The notes: generated from the sequence alone by a model not told the origin. Shown: positions 28,938-39,564, numbered from the stretch's first letter. The stretch: DNA of 64,000 nt from Candidatus Bathyarchaeota archaeon (GCA_963726255.1 CAVSBL010000002.1:1280001-1344000), one strand, 5' to 3'. A program made the numbers and translations.

Positions 28938-30416
28938 TTGTTGAAAGCTGAAGAGGCCCCGAGGCAATCATTCCGAGAGAAAATCAAAGGCATACAGATC
29001 GCCCTCACCTTCCGGGACGTGATGATTCTTCCAGGGCGCACAGAAGTTGAACCGAGCGAAGTTGACTTACGGACTCACGTAACGAAAACTCATCGCTTGA
29101 ATATTCCATTCGTTTCATCACCGATGGACACGGTGACGGAGAGTGACATGGCAATCGCTGTGGCGAGGCAGGGTGGTTTGGGTGTCATTCACCGGAACTG
29201 CGCGGCGGAGGAACAGGTTGAGATGGTTAAACGTGTCAAGAGGGCTGAAGCACTCATCATACGAGATGTCATAACCGTGGCGCCGGAAGACACCGTTGCC
29301 CAAGCCCTAGCCTTAATGGAGAAAAACAGCATTTCAGGGCTTCCGGTAGTTGACCGAACCCGCCTCGTTGGTATCGTGACCGGCCGAGACGTAAGATTCC
29401 CCCAACCGAGCCTCCTAGTTAAGCAGGTAATGACGAAGAATGTTGTGAAGGCTGAAGAAGGAATCAGCATCGACGAAGCTCAAAGGTTACTTCGAGACCA
29501 CAAGATCGAGAAGCTCCCGATCGTGAACAATGCCGGAGAACTATCAGGGCTCATAACATTCAAGGACATACTACTTCGAGGTAAATACCCCGACGCCGCC
29601 CGTGACGAAAATGGGCAACTACTTTGCGCCGCAGCGGTATCCCCCTTCGACCTAGATAGAGCGAAGAAACTCGACGAATACGCCGACATCCTCGTAACCG
29701 ACGTTTCACACTTTCACAACGCAAACGTCTTCACAGCCACAAAGAAACTAATGTCCGAGGTGTCCGCCGTTGTGGTTGTGGGCAACATCGGAACCTACGA
29801 GGCAGCCGAAGACGCGATTACTGAACTGGAAGAAGTTGGCGGTTTCAGAGTAGGAATTGGTTCAGGCTCAATCTGCACCACGACCGAAGTAACCAAGGCA
29901 GGATCCCCAACTCTATTCGCAACCGCACAAGTTTCAGACGCAGTCATGAAGCATGGCGCAAACATCCCGATTATCGCCGACGGAGGAATTCGTTCACCTG
30001 GGGACGTTGCAATCGCGCTGACCGCAGGAGCGTCAGCGGTTATGGTGGGGAACCTATTCGCGCGCTGCCAGGAGTCTCCTGGGACATTAATTACAATTGG
30101 CGGGCGATACTACAAGCAGTACAGGGGAATGGGAAGCCCAACTGCCCGAGCGAAACGCTACTCACTCGACCGATACAGCACCCCGGCCAAAGGTGTTCCC
30201 GAAGGCGTTGAAGGGTGGGTTCCGTACAAAGGTGAAGTGAGCGTAGTTCTAGATGAACTCGCATCAGGGCTTAAGGCATCGATGGGCTACGCCGGCGCAC
30301 GAAACATACAGGAACTGTGGTCGAAAGCAAGACTCGCGGCACTAAGCCCTTCGGGTGCCGAAGAGGCACGGCCTCACGACATACTTCTACCGAGCGAGAC
30401 ACAAGAAAGAGTCTGA
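28938..30416 (+). CDS. guaB: IMP dehydrogenase with CBS domains
   Basis: SSPMDTVTE, GIGSGSICTT, IIADGGI, YRGMGS, PEGVEG. Confidence 0.95.
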   Translation: MLKAEEAPRQSFREKIKGIQIALTFRDVMILPGRTEVEPSEVDLRTHVTKTHRLNIPFVSSPMDTVTESDMAIAVARQGGLGVIHRNCAAEEQVEMVKRVKRAEALIIRDVITVAPEDTVAQALALMEKNSISGLPVVDRTRLVGIVTGRDVRFPQPSLLVKQVMTKNVVKAEEGISIDEAQRLLRDHKIEKLPIVNNAGELSGLITFKDILLRGKYPDAARDENGQLLCAAAVSPFDLDRAKKLDEYADILVTDVSHFHNANVFTATKKLMSEVSAVVVVGNIGTYEAAEDAITELEEVGGFRVGIGSGSICTTTEVTKAGSPTLFATAQVSDAVMKHGANIPIIADGGIRSPGDVAIALTAGASAVMVGNLFARCQESPGTLITIGGRYYKQYRGMGSPTARAKRYSLDRYSTPAKGVPEGVEGWVPYKGEVSVVLDELASGLKASMGYAGARNIQELWSKARLAALSPSGAEEARPHDILLPSETQERV

Positions 30417-30442
30417 GGCAGAGAACGGGCGTAGTACGTTTA

Positions 30443-30458
30443 TATGACGTTCGTCATA
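30443..30458. promoter_or_regulatory. palindromic operator TATGACGTTCGTCATA overlapping the TATA box of the HTH regulator
   Basis: 7-bp arms TATGACG/CGTCATA; variants at 34299 and 35175. Confidence 0.75.
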
Positions 30459-30480
30459 CTCGGAGTAGTGAAATCTCAAA

Positions 30481-30864
30481 ATGCCAATGATACTCCCCGA
30501 GGAGCTAGCTTCGAAATCCGTAATCCCAGCCATTAGGGCGCTTATCGTCAAGAGGCTGGTTGAAGAACACGGGATGACACAGCAAGAAGCCGCCAAACTT
30601 CTGGGAGTGACGCAACCAGCAGTAAGCAAATACCTCCATGAAAAACGCGGGGCCGCGATAAGGCTCACCGGCATAAGGAAAATCGACCAAGCCACAGCCG
30701 AAATTGCCGACATGGTAACCTCCCACAAAGCTGAGCCAATCGAAGTCATGAGCAAGATCGAAGCGGCGTGCGATTACGTTCGAAAAAACCGGTACATGTG
30801 TAACCTTCACAAGAAATTAGAGCCGAGCATGGACGTAGATTCCTGTCACGTATGCGAGCAATAG
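30481..30864 (+). CDS. XRE-type HTH regulator with C-terminal Cys/His cluster
   Basis: MTQQEAAKLLGVTQPAVSKYL helix-turn-helix; C-x9-C-x2-H-x10-C-x2-C at the C-terminus. Confidence 0.88.
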   Translation: MPMILPEELASKSVIPAIRALIVKRLVEEHGMTQQEAAKLLGVTQPAVSKYLHEKRGAAIRLTGIRKIDQATAEIADMVTSHKAEPIEVMSKIEAACDYVRKNRYMCNLHKKLEPSMDVDSCHVCEQ

Positions 30865-30906
30865 TTCTTAACCACATAAACGCATGATTCAGGGGTTTCT
30901 TGAATA

Positions 30907-31365
30907 ATGGAAATCAAAGTAAAAGCAGGAGACCAAGCTCCCGACTTCGAAGGGCCAACATCGGACGGTAGCCGACTTGGACTCAAGGATTTTGCGGGAA
31001 AGAAGAATGTCGTCTTGTACTTTTACCCCAAAGATGATACCCCAGGCTGCACGAGGGAAGCTTGCAGCTTCAGAGACAACTTACAATCGATAAGGGGCAT
31101 GGGTGCGGAAATCGTAGGCGTTAGCCTTGATAGCATTCAGTCCCACGACAGATTCGCAAAGAAATACACACTACCGTTCCCATTGATTAGCGATAAAGAC
31201 AAACGAATCGCCACGGCCTACGGTGTCCTCAAAGATCTCGGGTTGTCCACAAACCGGGTAACCTTCATCATCGACAAGGATGGAAAGGTGGCGAAGATCT
31301 TCCCCAAGGTCGACGTTTCCAAACACACCGAGGAAGTCGCCGCAGCCCTAAAGGAACTGGCCTAA
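30907..31365 (+). CDS. bcp: peroxiredoxin BCP/PrxQ
   Basis: YFYPKDDTPGCTREACSFRD. Confidence 0.95.
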   Translation: MEIKVKAGDQAPDFEGPTSDGSRLGLKDFAGKKNVVLYFYPKDDTPGCTREACSFRDNLQSIRGMGAEIVGVSLDSIQSHDRFAKKYTLPFPLISDKDKRIATAYGVLKDLGLSTNRVTFIIDKDGKVAKIFPKVDVSKHTEEVAAALKELA

Positions 31366-31482
31366 CAACCAAATCGTGTCTGTCGTTGAAGCGACATGCC
31401 CCGCAATAAGCTGACAAACCTTTTCAATGCTTAGACACTCCCGACTGCACAATTATCGATTGACAGGAGCAGTGGGTAACAG

Positions 31483-32001
31483 GTGAGCCAAGAGACACTG
31501 CAAGACTTCGCTGGGGTCTGGATTGGAAAAATCAGTGAACTCGTCAAAACCATAACTGGCTCAGGCCCAATCAAGTACCTGATCAATTGGAGCCGCATGT
31601 ATGCGCTCTGGCCAGTGCACATAACCACCGCCTGTTGCAGCGCAGAGTTCGGCGCTATGATGGGGCCACGGCTCGACCCCGAAAGGTTTGGCCTACAGGC
31701 AGTTGCAGGTGGCCTTCGCCAATGCGACCTAATTATAGTGGAAGGCACAGTTACGAAGAAGATGGCCAAGCGCCTCAAGATCGTTTATGAGCAGATGGCC
31801 AAACCCCGGTATGTAATAGCAATGGGGGATTGCGCTTGCTCCGGCGGCCTCTTCCATGATTCATACAGCATCGTAAATGATGTACACCAACTATTCCCAG
31901 TAGACGTGTATGTCCCGGGATGCCCCCCGAGGCCTGAAGCGCTCCTGAGCGCGATCGTGAAGCTCCGTGAGAAAATTCGTAGGGAAGAGGTATTCGCTTA
32001 G
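31483..32001 (+). CDS. nuoB: complex I-like subunit B
   Basis: TACCSAE, AMGDCACSGG, VPGCPPRPE. Confidence 0.93.
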   Translation: MSQETLQDFAGVWIGKISELVKTITGSGPIKYLINWSRMYALWPVHITTACCSAEFGAMMGPRLDPERFGLQAVAGGLRQCDLIIVEGTVTKKMAKRLKIVYEQMAKPRYVIAMGDCACSGGLFHDSYSIVNDVHQLFPVDVYVPGCPPRPEALLSAIVKLREKIRREEVFA

Positions 32002-32495
32002 TGGCCCAACTCGCGCTCTCCCGAGAAGAAGGCATAATCACTCAGCTGAAGGGCCGGTTCCCTGACGTTATCAAGGAAGGCAAGGTTGACCGAGCACGCC
32101 GGGTAACAATCACCTTTGACAAAGACCACATCCAAGAACTTGCGAAATTCATGCGTGACGAAGCTGGATTCGACCACGTCAAAGGCATCGCAGGCATAGA
32201 CTACCCAACACACAAGAAAATAGAAGTCTTATACTTCACGGCCTCGTTCTCGAAGCCGGACATTCAAGACCTTGTCGTCATTCTGAAAACGGAGGTGCCT
32301 CGCGATAACCCATCGATCGCCTCTGTCGTCTCGATTTGGGAAAGCGCACATTTCCACGAGCGTGAGGCATTTGAAATGTTCGGGGTGAAGTTCGAGGGAC
32401 ACCCAGACCTGAGAAAACTGCTCACATTGGATAATTGGGATGGGCCGCCGCCGATGTTGAAGGACATCAAATTCCCGGAGATGGGCCAGCGATGA
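32001..32495 (+). CDS. nuoC: complex I-like subunit C
   Basis: GIDY, HEREAFEMFGVKFEGHPDLRKL. Confidence 0.92.
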   Translation: MAQLALSREEGIITQLKGRFPDVIKEGKVDRARRVTITFDKDHIQELAKFMRDEAGFDHVKGIAGIDYPTHKKIEVLYFTASFSKPDIQDLVVILKTEVPRDNPSIASVVSIWESAHFHEREAFEMFGVKFEGHPDLRKLLTLDNWDGPPPMLKDIKFPEMGQR

Positions 32496-33640
32496 CAACA
32501 ACCCTTTCCCAAGCAAAGCCCCCTCCCCCGCCCATTACTATCACTAAGACTGGGGAACCGTCGACTCTAGATGTGTCCGTGGGGCCGCAGCACCCAGGGT
32601 CCGGCCATTTCCGCATGCTCATCCGGGTTGACGGGGACTACATCAAGAGCGTAGACGTCGACATAGGATATGTCCACCGAGGCTGCGAGAAAATCGCCGA
32701 GTACCGAAACTACGTGAGCAACATCCCACACCTTGAGCGGCCATGCATCATAGACGCCATCCACCTAAACTGGGGCTACGTGCTCCCCGTTGAAGAACTC
32801 CAAGGAGTCGAAGTCCCACCCCGCGGCCAATACATTTCAACCATCGCGGCCGAAATGAACCGCATAATGAGCCACCTGTATTGGTTGGCAATCAACGCCG
32901 GAGTATTCTCTGGACACACAACAATTTTCATGTGGGCTTTCGGCGACCGAGACCTCTTCATAGAACTCGCAGAAATGCTGACAGGTGCACGCCTCACCTA
33001 CTCATTCCTCCCACCGGGCGGCCCACGGCGTGATTTGCCCTCAGGTTTCGCAGATAAACTCACAAAGTTGCTCGACTACTTTGAGAAGAGGCTTGTCGAG
33101 TACGACCGCATATTCTTCAGCAACCCACTCGTCATCGCACGCGCGAAAGGAATTGGCGTCCTCACACGGGAAGTAGCAATAAAGTTAGGCGTAGCAGGGC
33201 CTGTGCTGCGAGGCTCAGGCATTAAGTATGATGTTCGAAAAGTTGAACCGTACGGCGCATACGCCGACCTGGATTTTGAGATTCCAACCTACGAAGAAGG
33301 AGACTCCTACGCTAGGTTCATGGTCAGATTTGAAGAGATGAAGCAGAGCGTCAGGATTCTAAGGCAAGCGCTCGAGAAAATCCCGAAGGGGCCTATCGCA
33401 CGCAAAGCCCCGCTTGTCGCACCGGAAGGTGAAGCAACGGGCCGCGTTGAATCATCCCGCGGAGAATACGCGGTTATGGTGATGGGTGACAACAGCGACA
33501 AACCCTACCGAGTCAAAATCATGAACGCCTCGTTCCGAAACTTAGTCGCCCTACCTTACCTTATCCGCGACGTGCACGTTGCGGACATGCCAATCATCTA
33601 TGGCAGCTTGGATTACTGGCCGGTCGAGGCGGACAGGTAA
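32492..33640 (+). CDS. nuoD: complex I-like subunit D
   Basis: GPQHP, GYVHRGCEK, GPVLRGSG, GDSYAR, ESSRGE, C-terminal EADR; no NiFe CxxC pairs. ATG 32492 overlaps the nuoC stop. Confidence 0.93.
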   Translation: MTTTLSQAKPPPPPITITKTGEPSTLDVSVGPQHPGSGHFRMLIRVDGDYIKSVDVDIGYVHRGCEKIAEYRNYVSNIPHLERPCIIDAIHLNWGYVLPVEELQGVEVPPRGQYISTIAAEMNRIMSHLYWLAINAGVFSGHTTIFMWAFGDRDLFIELAEMLTGARLTYSFLPPGGPRRDLPSGFADKLTKLLDYFEKRLVEYDRIFFSNPLVIARAKGIGVLTREVAIKLGVAGPVLRGSGIKYDVRKVEPYGAYADLDFEIPTYEEGDSYARFMVRFEEMKQSVRILRQALEKIPKGPIARKAPLVAPEGEATGRVESSRGEYAVMVMGDNSDKPYRVKIMNASFRNLVALPYLIRDVHVADMPIIYGSLDYWPVEADR

Positions 33641-33655
33641 CTGGAGCGACTGAAG

Positions 33656-34138
33656 ATGAGCATGGTATTCGGGGCAATGTATGAAGGAATCAAACACATC
33701 TTCAAGCGAACATTCACCATGAAATACCCCTACCAGAAGATCCTCCTTCCGAAAGGGTTCAGGGGACGACACCAGCTCTACATGGACAAATGCACCGGTT
33801 GCGGAATCTGCGCGTGGATCTGCCCCGAAAGATGCATCAGCATGGTCCCAGTAACCGACCAAAAGGAATATCCGCAAAACCCCGAAAAACGATTCCCACA
33901 ATACTGGTACGCCCGTTGCTGTTTTTGCCATTTTTGCACAGATTACTGTCCGACGGGGGCGCTAGATTACACGCCTGATTACGAGTTGGCTGAGTATGAT
34001 CGTGAGTTGCTTCTCTGGAGTCCGGAACGACTCTCGAGGCCAGCAACTAATATCGGAACCTACCAGTCTGTTTTCCACGGCGACAAGGGCAGCATGGGTG
34101 TCACCTACGAGCCCGTCAGCAAGCAGAAAGCGCAGTGA
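33656..34138 (+). CDS. nuoI: complex I-like subunit I (2x[4Fe-4S])
   Basis: CTGCGICAWICP and CCFCHFCTDYCP. Confidence 0.92.
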   Translation: MSMVFGAMYEGIKHIFKRTFTMKYPYQKILLPKGFRGRHQLYMDKCTGCGICAWICPERCISMVPVTDQKEYPQNPEKRFPQYWYARCCFCHFCTDYCPTGALDYTPDYELAEYDRELLLWSPERLSRPATNIGTYQSVFHGDKGSMGVTYEPVSKQKAQ

Positions 34139-34298
34139 CTGCGCACTAAAATTGAAATTCCAGTTCGCACTTCTACAGTTAGAGAACATTGCCAGACGTC
34201 ACTGACCAAATTCAGCGTAAGTTCGAAAAGAGGACTAAGGCACGCAAGCGTACGCGCGGCCCGTACAGGAAATCGTCTCCGCTTCCATTCTGACTTTT

Positions 34299-34314
34299 TA
34301 TAACGTACGTCATA
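34299..34314. promoter_or_regulatory. operator variant TATAACGTACGTCATA at the sufC promoter
   Basis: 14/16 match to the 30443 palindrome; overlaps TTTTTATA. Confidence 0.72.
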
Positions 34315-34366
34315 CTTAATAGCTACAGCTAAGTTCTACCGCACAAAACTTCCGATGTGACGCATA

Positions 34367-35164
34367 ATGCCAACTACGCTCGAAATCAAAGACCTCCACG
34401 TCAGCATTGCAGGCAAGCAGATCCTGAAAGGAGTCAACTTGAAGGTAACGCAAGGCGAGGTCCACGCGGTCATGGGCCCGAACGGGTCCGGCAAGAGCAC
34501 CTTAGCGAACACGCTCATGGGCCACCCAAAATACAAGGTGGACAGCGGCGACATTCTAGTCAACGGGGAAAGTATCGTCAGCCTAACCCCCGACGCCCGT
34601 GCGAAGAAAGGCCTCTTCTTAGCCTTCCAGTACCCGCTTGAAATCTCAGGCGTCCCACTCGCGCAGTTCCTCCGCTCCGCCTACAGAGCGATGAAAGGAG
34701 ATGCGCAGAAAACGCCTGACGCGAAAGGTGTCGGCGGCGAGATGATCTCCGCCCTCGCCTTCAAGAAAAAACTTGAAGAGAAGTTGAAGGAGGTTGACAT
34801 GGACCCCTCCTTCGCGAAACGTTACTTGAACGAAGGATTCTCCGGCGGCGAGAAGAAGCGGGCTGAGGTCCTGCAGATGGCAATCCTGCAACCCGCAATT
34901 GCGATTATGGATGAAACTGATTCAGGGTTGGATATTGATGCGGTTCGGAAGGTGGCTGAGGTTGTTGCCCACATGGCCGGGCCGGAGATGGGCGTGCTTC
35001 TAATAACGCATTACCAGCGGATTCTGGACTACATAAAACCCCAATTCGTCCATGTGATGGTGAACGGCCGCATATTCCGCTCCGGAGGACCGGAATTAGC
35101 CAAAATGCTGGAAGAAAGGGGTTACTCGTGGGTGGAACAAGAGGCTGCAGCTACTGCTTCTTGA
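34367..35164 (+). CDS. sufC: Fe-S cluster assembly ATPase SufC
   Basis: GPNGSGKST, LAFQYP, NEGFSGGEKKRAE, DETDSGLDID, ITHYQR. Confidence 0.96.
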   Translation: MPTTLEIKDLHVSIAGKQILKGVNLKVTQGEVHAVMGPNGSGKSTLANTLMGHPKYKVDSGDILVNGESIVSLTPDARAKKGLFLAFQYPLEISGVPLAQFLRSAYRAMKGDAQKTPDAKGVGGEMISALAFKKKLEEKLKEVDMDPSFAKRYLNEGFSGGEKKRAEVLQMAILQPAIAIMDETDSGLDIDAVRKVAEVVAHMAGPEMGVLLITHYQRILDYIKPQFVHVMVNGRIFRSGGPELAKMLEERGYSWVEQEAAATAS

Positions 35165-35174
35165 AAGGAACGCT

Positions 35175-35190
35175 TATTACGTATGTCATA
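35175..35190. promoter_or_regulatory. operator variant TATTACGTATGTCATA between sufC and sufB
   Basis: 13/16 match to the 30443 palindrome, in a 46-nt intergenic gap. Confidence 0.6.
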
Positions 35191-35210
35191 AGAGAGGTTG
35201 TTGATTCGCT

Positions 35211-36614
35211 TTGGCAACTAAGCAGACCCTAGATATTGACTATACCAAGTACAATTTCAGAGACTCCACTGAGGATTACGAGTACAAGTTTCCGAAGGGC
35301 CTAACGCGAGAGGTTGTCGAGAAGATCTCTGGCATAAAGAAGGAACCTGACTGGATGCGCCAGTTCAGGCTGCGGGCTTACGACCATTTCGTCAAGAGAC
35401 CGTTGCCCATGTGGGGCGGCGACCTGACCACCCTCAAATTCGATGACATGTTATACTACGCCAGCCCAACAGAGAAGAAGAGCCGCTCATGGGAAGATGT
35501 CCCGTCGTACATTAAGGACACATTCGATAAGCTGGGCATACCTGAAGCTGAGAGAAAATTCCTCGGCGGCGTGGGCGCCCAGTACGAATCCGAAGTCGTA
35601 TACCACAGCCTCAGAGAAGACCTAGCGAAGAAAGGCATCATTTTCACAGACACCGACACCGCGCTGCGGGAGTACCCTGAAATCTTCAAGAAATATTTCG
35701 GGACGGTAGTCCCACCTGAAGATAACAAGTTCGCAGCACTGAATAGCGCGGTTTGGAGCGGTGGAAGTTTCATCTACGTGCCCCCAGGCGTCAACGTCGA
35801 AGTGCCACTCCAGGCATACTTCAGAATTAACACGCAAAACATGGGACAATTCGAACGAACACTGATCATAGCTGATGAGAACAGCCGGGTGCACTACATA
35901 GAAGGCTGTACAGCCCCAATCTACTCAACGGACTCACTTCACTCAGCCGTGGTCGAAATTATAGCGCGACCAGGCGCGTACGTACGTTACACTACGATCC
36001 AGAATTGGTCGAATGACGTTTACAACCTAGTTACGAAGCGAGCGTACGCATATGCTAACGCAACTGTTGAATGGGTTGACGGAAACCTTGGCAGCAAACT
36101 CACAATGAAGTACCCGTCCATCTACTTGCTCGGCCCAGGAGCGAAAGGCGAAATTCTCTCAGTCGCTTTCGCAGGTAAGGGCCAGCACCAAGACGCGGGC
36201 GGCAAAGTTGTACACCTCGCCCCACACACTACTTCCAGAATCACTTCCAAGTCCGTTTCCAAAGATGGCGGGAGAACAACTTACCGAGGCCTACTACACG
36301 TCGCTAAGGGAGCTAAGGGGGTCAAGTCGACCGTACGATGCGACGCACTACTACTCGACGAATACTCAAGGACCGACACTTATCCATACAACGAGATCAA
36401 CGAAGACGACGCGACGACATCCCACGAGGCAACGGTTGGCAAGATCGGAGACGACCAGCTCTTCTACTTGATGTCCCGGGGCCTCTCCGAGCAAGAAGCA
36501 CTTAGCATGATCGTCATGGGCTTCATGGAACCATTCACCAAGGAACTGCCGATGGAATATGCGATCGAATTGAACAGGCTCATCCAAATGGAAATGGCCG
36601 GCTCCGTCGGCTAG
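35211..36614 (+). CDS. sufB: Fe-S cluster assembly protein SufB
   Basis: [51 protein letters not shown]. Confidence 0.97.
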   Translation: MATKQTLDIDYTKYNFRDSTEDYEYKFPKGLTREVVEKISGIKKEPDWMRQFRLRAYDHFVKRPLPMWGGDLTTLKFDDMLYYASPTEKKSRSWEDVPSYIKDTFDKLGIPEAERKFLGGVGAQYESEVVYHSLREDLAKKGIIFTDTDTALREYPEIFKKYFGTVVPPEDNKFAALNSAVWSGGSFIYVPPGVNVEVPLQAYFRINTQNMGQFERTLIIADENSRVHYIEGCTAPIYSTDSLHSAVVEIIARPGAYVRYTTIQNWSNDVYNLVTKRAYAYANATVEWVDGNLGSKLTMKYPSIYLLGPGAKGEILSVAFAGKGQHQDAGGKVVHLAPHTTSRITSKSVSKDGGRTTYRGLLHVAKGAKGVKSTVRCDALLLDEYSRTDTYPYNEINEDDATTSHEATVGKIGDDQLFYLMSRGLSEQEALSMIVMGFMEPFTKELPMEYAIELNRLIQMEMAGSVG

Positions 36615-36676
36615 ACACCTCTTTTTTACCCACGTAACCCGTACCGGTACCCGTAACCTGAGAAGGTGTTCCAGCA

Positions 36677-38095
36677 ATGTCGGAGTTGACATTAACAAAC
36701 GCAAGCGAACAACACATCCGCTCCTTGGCGGAATCAAGGCAGGAACCCGAGTGGTTACGGGAATTTCGCATCAAATCACTCAACCTGTTTCGCAAGCTCC
36801 CAGCTGAGCTTTCGGACTTGTACACGAAGTATGTGGACCTAGCTGGCGTCGACTTCGAATCCGTCAGCTTAGCCACGTCAGAGCCGTCCAAGTCACAAAT
36901 TGAGAACGTAATGGGCAACCTGAAGTCTGACAGAGCTATCACAATATTCCAAATAGAATCGAAAACATTCCCAGCCGACCTTCCCGAGGCTCTCCGAAAG
37001 GAAGGCGTAGTCTTCACGGATATTGGTACTGCGATTCGCAGCGAACCAGAACTCTTCCGCCGCTATTTCTTGGAGAAAGTAATCCTCCCTGAGGATGATA
37101 AGTTCGCGGCATTGAACAATGCGCTCTTCACTTCAGGATTCTATTTGCATGTCCCGAAGGGCATTGAAGTAACCGTGCCATTCAGAGTTGTAACCATCCT
37201 CGATTCTGAGGGGCAGGGGGTTTTCGCCCAGAACCTTGTAATGGCGGATAATCGGAGTAAGTTTACAATGCTCGAAGAGTTGTATTCGACTCGCTCAACA
37301 GGCCAGTCGAAGAAGTCCACGTACAGTGGGCTCTCTGAAGTCTACTTGCACGAAGGCGCAGAGGTCACCTACGGAAGCATAAACAACCTATCCCAAAATG
37401 TGAACATATTCTCGAACAAGAAATCAATTGGGGAACGGGATAGCAAGATCGTTTGGTCCACAGGATTGCTCGGAGGCGCATATACGAGGTCCCGCTTAGA
37501 GAGCTTGATGAAGGGATCCGGCGCATCCTCAGAGAATGTGGAAGTTGTGTTCGGTGCCGGGACGCAACGTTTCGACACGGTCTCAAACATAACCCATAGC
37601 GGGCCAAATACTAGCGGCCACGCAATTTCAAAAGGTGTTGTCAAGGATAAGGCAAAGGCGATCTTCAAGGGCATGATCCGAATCGAGGAGAACGCTAAGA
37701 ACTCGCGGGCTTACCTGGCAGAACACGCGATGATACTCAGCAAAGATGCCCTAGCCGACGCCATACCCGGCCTCGAGATCGAAACGAACGATGTGAAGGC
37801 CACGCATTCGGCGTCGGTTGCGCAAATCGATGAGGAAGAAATCTTCTACCTCAGGTCCAGGGGCCTATCCGAAGACGAAGCTAAGAAGCTAATCATAGTT
37901 GGATTCTTCGAACCACTCGTAGAACGAATCCCAGTCCCTGAGGTAGCGAAGCGAATTAGGCGAATCATCGACTTGAAATGGTCAGGCATCTACGACTTCG
38001 CCTCCAGCTTGACAGTCCCGGCGTTCGATGACGAATACTACGAAGAAGGACAGAAGACCCGCGACATATTCGAAGGACACTACAAATATCGGTAA
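36677..38095 (+). CDS. sufD: Fe-S cluster assembly protein SufD
   Basis: DDKFAALNNA, IPGLEIETNDVKATHSASV, FYLRSRGL. Confidence 0.93.
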   Translation: MSELTLTNASEQHIRSLAESRQEPEWLREFRIKSLNLFRKLPAELSDLYTKYVDLAGVDFESVSLATSEPSKSQIENVMGNLKSDRAITIFQIESKTFPADLPEALRKEGVVFTDIGTAIRSEPELFRRYFLEKVILPEDDKFAALNNALFTSGFYLHVPKGIEVTVPFRVVTILDSEGQGVFAQNLVMADNRSKFTMLEELYSTRSTGQSKKSTYSGLSEVYLHEGAEVTYGSINNLSQNVNIFSNKKSIGERDSKIVWSTGLLGGAYTRSRLESLMKGSGASSENVEVVFGAGTQRFDTVSNITHSGPNTSGHAISKGVVKDKAKAIFKGMIRIEENAKNSRAYLAEHAMILSKDALADAIPGLEIETNDVKATHSASVAQIDEEEIFYLRSRGLSEDEAKKLIIVGFFEPLVERIPVPEVAKRIRRIIDLKWSGIYDFASSLTVPAFDDEYYEEGQKTRDIFEGHYKYR

Positions 38096-38233
38096 TCGTG
38101 TAGTTGACCGGCATTTTCTGGTCGTGGTGAGTCTGCTGGTCGCGACCTTCGGTGGCCTCAGCTTCAATTTGTGAAAGAGTTAAATTTGAACTTGAAAGGT
38201 TGGAAGGTTGGTTGAGCTAGAAGAACGTATGCA

Positions 38234-39466
38234 ATGAAATATGTTGCGCTCTCTCTAACCGTTGCGCTGCTCCTAATGGGCAGTGCAGTTGCTCCCATGC
38301 TGTTGATTCCCGTCTCGCAAGCCCAACCGACCACGCTCCTCTCAGTTAACTTCACAGGAAGCTCGCTCCCCCAAGGTTGGTTCCTTCAAGGCTCAGCCAA
38401 ATTCATTGGTGGTTTGAATTCTTCATCAGGTTTCGGAGGAATCCAACTTGTCAACAATGACAGCCAGGCGGGGGCGGTCGTATATGGCAGCCCGTTCACG
38501 ACGCAGAATGTTGTCGTAGAATTCAGTGGCATGTATGAACCCGGCTCACCCTCCCTGCCCGAAGCAGATGACATAGGCCTAGGGTTTTACTCTGATGGCC
38601 CATCAGCCAATGTTGGCCCAGGAAATCCAGCCCCGGTTAACGGCTATTACGCGTCGTATGAGTTTTCAAATTTGCTTGGCTATACTAGCCAGTATTACTT
38701 GCCAAGTCTAATGTATAACGCTCACTCCTTGGCTTCCAACGGATCACGGTTTTTCCTTGGAGGGAGGTTGCCTTCAAGTGGTCGAAACTACTTATTCACG
38801 GCGACGATAGTGACCCCAACCTCAGTCTCCATGAACGCGCTAACCAGAACGGACAGCCCTTGGAGCCGGGAAACTTCGATAAGCCTCGATTGTCTTCGCA
38901 ACATGGTAACATACAACAATGCTACGGGGATTGACGGCTCTCATTCCACGCTTTATGTCGGCGGAGCAACATTTTCTGGTTTGTTCAGGAACCCCTGGTC
39001 CTATGAGTACGTGTACTGGTTGCGTATACTGAGTTACTCAACTACGCCTGCCACGAGCGCCGGTAGTTGCACCACGAGCAGTAGCACCTCGTCCTCACTT
39101 TCTTCGGCTGCCATTCAACCATCGACTACCCAGTCCGTCGCTCAGACCATAACCTCAACTCAACCGCCGCTTACCCAAACAGAGGCTGTTACCCCATCCT
39201 CTACTCAAACTGTGAATCAGACACAGACCACGCCACCGCCCGTGCTCAGCTCGGGGGGCGCCAGTAGCGTGCTCTTGTACGCGGTCATCGGGGCGGTGAT
39301 AGTAGCGGCCGTCGTGTTGGTTGGGGTCTTCCTGGTGCTGCGGAGGAGGGACCTCGGGGGACCTGCGAAGCCTACATCTGGCGCGCCCAAGCTTTGCAAC
39401 TCGTGTGGTAACCCACTCTCAGGGCCTGAACGGTTCTGCGATAGATGCGGTGCACAACAGGTTTAG
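38234..39466 (+). CDS. secreted lectin-like domain protein with Thr/Ser linker, TM and C-terminal zinc ribbon
   Basis: Signal peptide, WFLQGSA...QAGAVVY...ADDIGLGF (L-lectin-like), TM helix, CNSCG...FCDRCG. Confidence 0.75.
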   Translation: MKYVALSLTVALLLMGSAVAPMLLIPVSQAQPTTLLSVNFTGSSLPQGWFLQGSAKFIGGLNSSSGFGGIQLVNNDSQAGAVVYGSPFTTQNVVVEFSGMYEPGSPSLPEADDIGLGFYSDGPSANVGPGNPAPVNGYYASYEFSNLLGYTSQYYLPSLMYNAHSLASNGSRFFLGGRLPSSGRNYLFTATIVTPTSVSMNALTRTDSPWSRETSISLDCLRNMVTYNNATGIDGSHSTLYVGGATFSGLFRNPWSYEYVYWLRILSYSTTPATSAGSCTTSSSTSSSLSSAAIQPSTTQSVAQTITSTQPPLTQTEAVTPSSTQTVNQTQTTPPPVLSSGGASSVLLYAVIGAVIVAAVVLVGVFLVLRRRDLGGPAKPTSGAPKLCNSCGNPLSGPERFCDRCGAQQV

Positions 39467-39564
39467 TTGCCCGACTTCACAGCGCTAATCAAACGCTCAA
39501 CAATAATGGAGAACAAAGTTGCCAGAAAAATCAAAAATAAAAGAAAGGGTGATTTTGCACGGTT

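Noticed and set aside
32492-33640. Group 4 NiFe-hydrogenase large subunit
   Set aside because: It lacks the N-terminal RxCxxC and C-terminal DPCxxC ligands and ends in EADR like NuoD.
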